Below, piece by piece: positions 11,152 to 20,000 of a stretch of DNA of 20,000 nt (position 1 is the stretch's first letter; the number at the start of each line of letters is the position of its first letter). The stretch comes from Moniliella sp. 'wahieum' (taxonomy: Eukaryota): contig RSEE01000113.1 in NCBI GenBank assembly GCA_003971905.1, forward strand, positions 176,303-196,302. Direction: 5' to 3'. A program made the translations under genes and the position numbers. The notes under the pieces are model-generated. The model did not search any database and was not told where the DNA came from. It saw nothing but the letters and a program-made list of their open reading frames with translations.

Positions 11152-11160
11152 AATATATAG
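11152..11160 (-). promoter_or_regulatory. Candidate TATA element for LIP5
   Basis: CTATATATT on the - strand about 100 bp upstream of the presequence-coding region; a conspicuous AT-rich patch in GC-rich flanks. Confidence 0.5.
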
Positions 11161-12299
11161 ATCGGTGCAATGCCGCTGACCAATCTCCGCTCCCCCGCGC
11201 GGAACGGCAGGTGGATCCTGACTGCCCCAGTACAGGGCGGGTTTTTTGGGTTTGGTTCCTCCCAACCTTACATGTCCCAGCTGTGTGTTCCTCCGTCTCG
11301 GAAGCGGCAGGGTGGCTCATTCGGTCGACCAGGCCCGTGCTTCTCAGGCCTCCTCAGCGCCCCCAGGCTATAGGTGTGGATCGCACGCACACGCACCCTC
11401 TCGGTCTCTCTGTTGTCGTTGTGCTTGGCATCCAGTGTACAAAGCATCTGAGATTTGATGCTGCATGTTGAGATCGACCCTCTCATCATCTCAGGTGAAG
11501 CTTGAAGCTTGAAGCGCGGCACCGTGGCATTGGCGGGGGAAGGCGTTTGGCCAGGATTGTAGAGCCGATAGCGGCCATCTGACTTGCGAGGAACGAGTCG
11601 AAACCCAAATAGGACATCTTGGGCCCCGCTCGACTTGAAAGCGGGAAAAGCGCAGTTCTTCATTCTGTCCTTCGCCCGGCAAGCGAGGCGTGAAACTCTG
11701 AGGAAAGCCAATGGAGGCGCAAGCATCACGGTTACACGCGTTTTGAGGAAAGATCCTTGGGTTTGTCCCTGGCCCGGATGCAAGTGGACTACCGTTCACA
11801 TGTCTTCCATGCACCCACATGTGTGCACACATGTCCTCCGAACAGCCCTCGCCCTACTGCTTCAGAAGGCACCGTCATCGCCATCGTCCGCCACTCTCTT
11901 GGATCGATCTCGAGACGCTGCCGGAGGCACAGGGGGAAATGAGGAACGAGCAGCAGAAGAAGATGCGACGACCGTGGGACGAGATAACCCCCTATACTTC
12001 GCTCCCTCTGTATCGCCTCCAGCAAGATGACCCGCCTTGACTTCGATATTCGCGCCGAAATGAGGTCGTTGGGCTCTCCGATGGCCCAACCGTCAATAAG
12101 TTGACGCTTCGCTTGTACGCGACGGGTGATGCATGGCCGATCGCCTGATCGGTGATCCCACGAGCAAGCTTGATATTCCGCACGCGGGGTGCCTCATTCC
12201 GCCCGCCCCGCCCGGTAGCCGCACAGCCGGACACGCACAGCCTTAGGCGCGCAGCCTGAGCGTCGTCTCCGCTTCGTTCTCTCCCACCATCTCGACGTC

Positions 12300-14039
12300 A
12301 TGGCTGGCTCACGCCGTGCGTGGGTTGGGTGCTCGCTCGAGCTGCATCCTTACCACCTGCTCTACGTGGCCGTTGTAGCTACGCTTGTTCTCGCTGGCTC
12401 GCTCTGGTCCTGGGTCTTTGACTCCAACCACTATCACCTCCGTCTCGCCCCGCTCGACGACCTTGATCTTCTCCACTCGCCCCCTCCTCCTCCCCCACCT
12501 CCCACAGCCGCTTCCTCCCCCCGCCCCATCTGTTCGCTCAGAAAGACAACATTTTCAACACACATTTTGTCAAGCTCGGCTGGGCCTGGAATTTGACTCT
12601 TTGGGCCGTCCAGTTCCTACTTCTCCGCACTACTTACAACCTAGCACTCAAAGAACGCGACCTGCGTCGGAAGCGCAGGCTCGACAAACTCATCCGCCAC
12701 AACTACCGTAACCTGCGTCGCCAGTTCGAGGCTGAGAACAACTCGGCCGACACAACGCTCGACGACCCACTCAACAATCCCGCCCATCGTACTCATGCCT
12801 CCTCATCTGTCGTCCAGCTGCAGCCGGATCTATCCAACGTCACCAGCGTTTCCCCACGCCGGCGCCAATTGCAGCCACAACAACAGGAGCTGCTTTTGAA
12901 GCAGGCCCAGTCGCTGCTTCACAAGGAACGTGAACGGGAACGCAGTCAAGGTCTCCAACTCCTTACTGCCCCCTTCCGTGCCTCGATTGTACGCTTGGTG
13001 GTGGCTACTCTTTGCTGGTGTACGTCCCCCACTCCATCCGTTTTACTTATATGTGCCAACTCATCCTTATTCTTCACTAGTCATCTTCACCTCATGGTTT
13101 TTTGGCCCAGCAATCATGGTGCGTGTGTACAAATGGTCGGGCGGTCGTTGCATGCCCATTTTGCCCGTTTCCACATCCGCTTTGCTCTATACGCCCAGCT
13201 TCAAACTCGCTCTTCAGCAGGCGGTGGATCCCTCCTACTGTATTGATCCCCGCAAGCTCATCACTCAGGAGAGCCATCCCCAGTTTTTCCAAGAAGGCGA
13301 CCGGATCGCCGCGCGTGTCGCTGCAGGAGGAGGCATGCCTGCTCAGTGTGCGTACTACCTTTACTAAAGAGCGTGCATATTCATCCTATGACTTACTAAC
13401 TGTGTTTTCTTTGCGTTGGCAGGGAAAGGTGGGCATGACGTTTCTGGGCATACCTTCCTGCTTGTGCTTTCCATTCTGTGGCTTTTGGAAGAGGTTACTC
13501 CATTTTTGCCGTATGTGCTTTCATGGTTGGAGGAGCTGTACCCAAGCAGGACATGGTGGCCCGCCAACCCATTTCATCCGTTTAGTTACGCATCCCATGC
13601 ACTCGGCCTCACGCCTGCCTCTCCCGCATCAAGCCGTACATCCCCACCCAGCGGCCCGGTGTACCCTCCGTTCCATCAGCCTCAAATCCAAATCTCCTCG
13701 CCCGACCTCGCTGCAGTGACAGTTAGGACCGGGTCCCGCTCCAGCTCGCCCCCTTTGCATGGCGACTCGACCTGGGGAGGGGAGGGGGCGGGCTACCCAC
13801 CAAGCAGTAATGGGGCCGGTCCTGCTGCTGCTGGCCTGCCGGCAGAATTTGTTCCGATCCTCGTTTCGCCTGCGGTGCACATGCTCGCTCTGGCACTTGT
13901 GCTGTCCTTGGTTGGGTTGTGGATGTGGATGCTGCTTATGACGCAGATCTTTTTCCACACCACCAAGGAGAAGTTGTCGGGGCTTGGGTTTGGACTGGCG
14001 GCATGGTTGGTGGTGCGGTTCCTAACGCCCAAGACGTAG
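12300..14039 (+). CDS. FIT family (Scs3/Yft2/FITM2-like) ER membrane protein, acyl-CoA diphosphatase; exons 12300-13019, 13081-13347, 13423-14039; apparent -1 frameshift at about 12517-12527
   Basis: FAQKDNIFNTHFVKLGWAW, WFIFTSWFFGPAI, WKGGHDVSGHTFLL and IFFHTTKEKLSG motifs with both catalytic His residues. Introns 13020-13080 (GTACGT..TAG) and 13348-13422 (GTGCGT, TACTAAC, CAG) are both phase 1 and restore the motifs. Confidence 0.9.
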
Positions 14040-14889
14040 TGTGGCTCGCCTCCCAAAAATCCCTATTTCAGCACTCTTTGGGGACCGCCTCTCCCCCCTT
14101 CCATCTCTCTTATCCTGCCATCGCTATCCTGCCATCCCACCGGCCCATCCCCCGCTCCAGTTACCAATTCCCTGTTCTCCCATCTATCCATGGACCCATT
14201 ATTCCCATCTGCTTTGTGGCGCTTGCCAACCGCGTGTTGAATGTCGGCTCTACTTGTGCATGTGCACGAGCAGGGCAGAGACGGATGCTTGGTGCTGTAA
14301 CCCCGCCTCACTCACCCTCAGCGTCTTCGTTGGCGGTAAATTCGCTCTGCCTGCAGGGACGTCATCTGCAGCCCTAGAATACGGTGCTGGCGTATGGCTA
14401 GTCAGACGAACGCTTTGCTCGATGGTAGCTCTTTTGCCGTTTCTCTCAATCCCGGCATGGCCATTATCACGTTGCTGCTACTGGGCGAATAATGAGCTCG
14501 AGGCGGCCCAGGGGGCGAATTTAGCGGCCCAGGGGCTTGACGACTACCGATTATTGATCATCGATCACCAGTCACTGATTCGATCATCAATCATCAATGA
14601 AACATTGAATAGTTGCAGGTCAGCCTAGCGCCCAGCTATTCAGCGGTCACGTGCTCAGGGTTACGTGATGGAGGTAGCAAAATTGGGATGGGAAGGAAAG
14701 TTGTCAACCCTAGCGCCGGATGCATCAAATGCAGCTGCTGCTGCGGCAAGTGATACTGCCCCTGTGAAGATTTAATGCAACCCTGCTGTTCCCACGCCTT
14801 TCGGCAGCCTGTCGCTGCTTATTCTGGTCCCGCGCTTGTGGTAGCCTGGGAGGCCTGGTCCAACTCCACCAAGAACAGACGCTGGCAAG

Positions 14890-14956
14890 GTATGTGCGCT
14901 TGGCGCTCGTGACCGTGACGGTCAACTAACCTAATCCAATCCCTCCGCATCCTCAG
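14890..14956 (+). other. 5'-UTR intron of RPS4 ending immediately before the ATG (67 nt)
   Basis: AAG|GTATGT donor, CTAAC branch at 14926-14930, pyrimidine tract, CAG|ATG acceptor. Confidence 0.88.
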
Positions 14957-15744
14957 ATGGTCCGTGGTCCTCGCAAGCACCTTAAGCGCCTCGCAGCGCC
15001 CTCGAGCTGGATGCTCGACAAGCTCGGCGGTGTCTACGCGCCTCGTCCCAGCACCGGCCCCCACAAGCTGCGCGAGAGCTTGCCGATGGTCGTGCTTCTG
15101 CGCAACCGGTTGAAGTATGCGCTCAACGGGCGTGAGGTCAACACCATTGTCCAGCAGCGCCTCATCAAGGTTGACAACAAGGTCCGCACCGACATTACCT
15201 ACCCCACGGGCTTCATGGACGTGATCAGCATTGAGAAGTCGGGCGAGTACTTCCGTATTCTGTACGACGTCAAGGGCCGCTTTGTTGTCCACCGTATCGC
15301 CCCTGAGGAGGCTGCTTACAAGCTTCTTAAGGTGAAGCGTGCGGAGCTTGGCCCTCGTGGTGTGCCCCACATTGTCACCCACGACGGCCGGACCATTCGC
15401 TACCCCGACCCGGACGTTAAGGCTGGCGACTCGATCAAGTTCAACTTAGTCGAGAACAAGCTGGAGGAGATTGTCAAGTTCCAGCAGGGCGCCTCGGTCA
15501 TGGCTACTGGCGGCCGTAACCAGGGCCGTGGGGTGTGATTATCGGCCGTGACTCGCACCCGGTGGCTTTGACATTGTCCACGTTCGTGACCCCATTGGCC
15601 GCGAATTCTCCACCCGGATCGGCAACATCTTTATCACTGGTAACGATGGCCAACACCTGATCTCTCCCCCGTGGCGGTGGCATTAAGCTTACCATTACCG
15701 AGGAGCGTGACCAGCGCCGTGCCCAGCGCGAGGCGGCCAACTAA
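14957..15744 (+). CDS. RPS4: 40S ribosomal protein eS4; three apparent indels (about 15531, 15560, 15665); 263 aa when repaired
   Basis: [53 protein letters not shown]. The C-terminus [30 protein letters not shown] continues in shifted frames to TAA 15742-15744. Confidence 0.97.
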
Positions 15745-16125
15745 GCTGCCCGTCCTTGGTGCCTTGGGGATGAAGTAGTTGCTTGGACGGCTCATGATAC
15801 CATGTGCCTTTCCTTGTCACGCAGTCAGACAATTCTTATCGCTGGCTCCTTCGTTCCTCTGGAGTGGGCGCATGCACTCCTCCCCAAAACGCTGTTTCTT
15901 TCTATGTGCCGTTCCCTTTGCTCATTCCTGCGGCTTCTGGTGCGACAACCAGCCTACTGGGCCCATGAAAAGAAATGGTCATTCCGCCCTAAGTGTGTTT
16001 GTGCTCTCTGTGCACGTGCTCTTCATAGCCGAACTGGACTCGAAGAGGGATCAATGCCCGTGAGCGACGCCAGTGCGACAGTGTTAGATTTTGGACGAGC
16101 CGGTAGTGTCTGGACGCCACAGAGA

Positions 16126-19100
16126 CTAAGTGGGATTGAGCCAACTAGTTTCATCGGCCCAGGACCAAGTGTTGGTAAACCATCTGGGAGAATCAAACCC
16201 GAGTCAGTTGGCCAATTGGATGAAGTATGTGCTGCAGAAGAACTTACCCGGCTCCCACAGCGCCGGCATTGCCCGCCCAGTCGGCTTTGGGACCGACAAC
16301 GACCCACTCAGGGACGGTGACGCCGGTGCGACGAGGCAGCAACTGCGCGCCGCGCTCCAAACTGGCGAGATCGGTGGGTGCGAGAATCAATGAGAGTCCC
16401 GTGGCTGCTGCCACGTTAGCCCCAGGCCAAAGGTGTGGGCCAGCGTGCCGATGATTCCTCGCTGTCTCGTCTTGGTCCTGAATGGCACCCAGCCCCACAC
16501 GTTCGCACGCACCCTGCTGGGGGTAGGCACGGCATGAGGCAACCGTCAAGGGATGTGGTTGGAGCGCAAGTAAAGCCAAGCTACGTTCCTGCGTGGGCAA
16601 ATGGTGGGGCCCGATGCGCCAGTCGGAGGAGTTGGTGAGATCAACTGGCGTAAAGATGGTCAGTTCAAGGACATGGCCAGTACGCAAGCAGAGAAATGAA
16701 CGTACACATGCTTCCATGTAATAAAGCAGCCGCCAACCAGTTGTCCTCGGCACCACCAAGAATCAGGACATTGCCTAACGAGATGTGACCGTAAGAGCGA
16801 GATTCGTTCCACGGGGGCAAACCTTGCTGCTCCCTCCACGGATCAACCAAGGGGGCAAACTGCGGGTCAGTGTCAGTGACCACCTCTACATCTGTTGCTA
16901 GCAACACCCGCACATCCGCTGCCCAACGACGGGCCACTGCAGCATACGCTTCCCTTCGATCCTTATCCATGGTCCGTCGGGGAAGGACGACTTGGATAGG
17001 CCCTGCGGACCGGAGGAAAGCCAACATGGGCCCGCCAGTCCGGGTCCAAACGACGGGCTCGTGTTGCTCCATAGAAGAAGAGATCCCAACGGGAATCCAA
17101 CCTGACGTGGGAATTTTCCCCTGATCCCCCTTCCATACACCCTGTACGGAGACAGGACCTGGGGATATATACTGTACTTGCTTGCCAATATGTCCGTCAG
17201 AGGACAGCTGCTCTCCATTGATGTGGATTGCCATCGACTTGCACCCGTAAGGCAGAACCTCCATACTCCTGTACCCAATGCTCACCACGTTGCTTGACTG
17301 CACCGTATGATAGAGAGCACAATGGGTAACCAAAGGCGAAGCCTCACCTGAGCAAGGAGACCCAGGCTGGACAGGACATGTGTCCTGCTCCAACCGGGTG
17401 TCCATCCAGGGCCCAAGAGGTCGATTTGATTCAGGGACGGCTTTGCTATCATTGCCTTGCTTGAACATGGCGCTTCGGACCAGCCGAGTGTGTACTTGGA
17501 TCTGGGCCACCTCTCCAGGCACTTTGGCTCGCAAGATTGTCCACCCATCCTTGCTGGATCTACCATGAAGGATGTGCGCAGTCAAAACCGTCTCATGGGT
17601 CCAAGTAGTGGGCTGTGTATGCTCATCCCCATCTGAGCCACCTAGCTGCAACGGCTCGGCCGTCATCGTACGCAGCGGTCGCCAGCACCCCGCCCCTTCC
17701 ATCCCGTGGCTGCGTTCACTGTAGCGCCGGTCCAGTTGCGATGCAAGGAATTCTTGGACGTCCGATTCTTGAAGAATGTCGTCCCAGTAGTGGCCACGGC
17801 CTGGAATGCGATGTTGGCTGGACAAGATAATGGTTAACTTCCCATCAGCTTAAAAGAAGATCACGCACTTGGTTCGGTTCCATGGACAGTGAGTTTGGGC
17901 ATTCCAGCTCCGGAGTGCGCCAAAGAGTTCATTTGAATGGTAGGCGGGGACATTATCGTCGTGGTCTCCGACCTTGAACAGGACATGAAGGCCAGCCAAG
18001 TTAGAAAGTTCCTTGTCGTTCGCCACCGCGTCGAGTGCACTAAGGAGAATGCCCTCCTTCCGTCCCCCGACAGAGGGCCAATGGCGTGAAGCGGACCACG
18101 TGCGAGCAACGTACTCTGTCAAGGTGACGTACCCGCTTGCCGCCACGGCCGAGGTGTAGTCGTCGGGATACTTGGTTAAAAGATGAACTGTACCTTGCCC
18201 ACCATTGCTGTGGCCCACCACGATAGCGCGGGTGGGGTGGTGATTCCATCCGGGATGACCGTGTTCGGCCGCGGCGCGAGGGCCAGCAGAAGGGGGCGTC
18301 ATACCATAGAGATACTTGGCGTGTTCAGACACAGCATCTCGCGCTGCTTCAGCCGATGCCAATGTCCAGTCTAGGCCCCACGGAGTCAAACCCGAGGGGA
18401 AGATCGTCCAAGCGTTTTGCCGTCCCAGTGCGGCTGCCCAGGCGGGCGACTCGGCTCGCACCCCGGCGCCGTGCAATGCAAGCACCACTTCCTGATTCCC
18501 CGATGCGGCCCGTGTCCGAGGTGGTGTGGCAGAGGCTAGAGCAAGACTTTGGCTCCGGAGTTTATGAGTAAATGCAAACCCACAGGGTTCATCTGGAGAG
18601 CAATCGGCCACCCCTGGACGGATATCCTGCTCTAACGAGAAGGTGAGCCAAGCACATTCACTCTGGTTCATCACCCTGGTCTGGGCATCCGAGACTTTGT
18701 TTCCCAAATGTGGACAAACCAACAAACGCACTCCCAGAGGATCGTCCGAAGGCAGGGGCGTGTGCTGTTTGACTTCGATGACGACAAGGCGCATGTGTAG
18801 GCTGGACACGACGAGTGGGCCGAACGCGAGACTTAGATCAGGCATGCCATCCTCTTCCTCCCTCGCGCTGGGGACCATTTCCACAGCGCATACCATCACA
18901 CTGTCCCCACCAGCGTTCAGGACTGGAATACCAAATCCGTACCCTGCGATCCAGCCGTCGATCACGCTAGGGACCAGCGCGGCCGGGCGAGTGGCGATAG
19001 CACGCACCATGCTCACCCTGTGATCCACTTCGGAGACAGCTTGAACCTTGGCAATCCGGATGCGGACACGGATCTCTGGCGGGGCCCCGTGGCCACCAAA

Positions 19101-20000
19101 CGGAGAGTCTGGGTCACCAAAGAGGCGATCTTCATAGATGGCTCGTACCAGCAATCGGTAGCGTCCAGGTTGTAGGGTGATCGCATGGGCCGACGCAAAC
19201 GCTGCATCTGACAACGACTCGTAAGCAGTGTGGGCATTCACTTTGTCTTCCTCGACAGAGGGAGGATGGTTGACAAGATCGATCCCACCGCCCACATCTC
19301 CCGCCGAGTACACGTCTGCTGTGTACCATCCAACACGCATCGGCTCCTCTGGATGTGCTGCGCCCAGACCCAGTCATCCTCAGGTACCAAGGCAAAGTAA
19401 GTAGCACGATCCAAGAGGAAGAGATAGGTGCCAGATGCATCAACCGATACGTTTGTTGCTGCCGATGCTTGCCACTGCAATGCAGCCCAGCCGACGGCGG
19501 CACGAACAGCCCTCCAAGGTGCATGAGGGTAAGCTACGCTCAGCGTATCGTCGACGAAGGGAGAAAACAGGTCCCTGGCCCAACTACGTGCCTATGCCCA
19601 AGACCACACTCTGCTGCAGGCGATGCACAGGAGGGCCGAGGGCGCGCACTCTTTACCCCTGTTGAGGTGGCCGTTATCTCGCAAGCCGCAATTAGGCCGT
19701 CCTGGGCCCAAGCATACGCGCTTGGCACGCTCATCCGCATCGCGAGCAAAGCAGCCTCGTTGGCGAAGGCCAAAGCTGGATGGGCGCCCAGGGCGCTTCA
19801 CGCATGCCAGCCGCCAGTGGTCCCAAAACGGTCCAGTTGGATCCAAGGAGAGCGGCCCCTCGACTGTGTCAGTGGACGAGGAGGGGACGGGGTAGCAGTA
19901 GAGATTGATGGAGGGGGCGCGATCGGCCACTGAGAGGGTGTAGCGCGCACCGCCTCTAGCGCCAGCCAGCCGGCCAGGACGAGGCGTCGGCATGCGCCGC
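16126..20000 (-). CDS. Large (about 1,200 aa) uncharacterised alpha/beta-hydrolase (S9 peptidase/esterase-like domain), probably 5'-truncated by the window; introns 17818-17868, 16645-16705, 16184-16247; several frameshifts in 19340-19860
   Basis: LALHGAGV, nucleophile motif GHSNGGQG, acid motif GDHDDNVP, His motif GHYWD just after the first intron. Three canonical introns (GTGCGT, GTACGT, GTAAGT donors, CAG acceptors) join the long ORFs in frame to ..AGWFTNTWSWADETSWLNPT* (TAG 16128-16126). Upstream protein-like segments NWTVLGP..GMRE and VGWAALQWQA lie in shifted frames. Confidence 0.8.

Noticed and set aside
10843..11265. 5' part of the 418-aa ORF (MGGTKPKK..) as the LIP5 N-terminus
   Set aside because: Non-ATG start, Cys/Trp-rich implausible sequence running through the TATA-like element; the neighbouring frame gives a convincing presequence.
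14957..15744. RPS4 (and LIP5, CK2 alpha) as pseudogenes or programmed-frameshift genes
   Set aside because: Sequence is otherwise conserved with intact splice sites, no nonsense codons and no shared slippery-site motif; repeat-run indels throughout the window indicate assembly error.

Overview
Gene-dense, GC-rich eukaryotic DNA from a fungus, most likely a basidiomycete (inferred from short 51-105 nt GT-AG introns with CTRAC-type branch points and from the protein sequences). Eight protein-coding genes can be reconstructed: NFS1 cysteine desulfurase (-), casein kinase II alpha (+, divergent from NFS1), a MAPEG-family membrane protein (+), a TauD-type Fe(II)/2-oxoglutarate sulfonate dioxygenase (-), lipoyl synthase LIP5 (-), a FIT/Scs3-family ER protein (+), ribosomal protein eS4/RPS4 (+), and a large uncharacterised alpha/beta-hydrolase (-) that runs off the right edge. 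Seven of the eight carry 1-2 nt frameshifts (about 14 in total), mostly in homopolymer runs and including three in RPS4, which points to an unpolished assembly rather than pseudogenes. No tRNA, rRNA, mobile element or CRISPR array was seen, and no clearly novel system is demonstrable. Best leads: a LIP5 mitochondrial presequence with no AUG (possible CUG start), a ~48-aa low-complexity insert in CK2 alpha, four sulfur-linked genes within 11 kb with candidate sulfur-regulon motifs, and the uncharacterised hydrolase.
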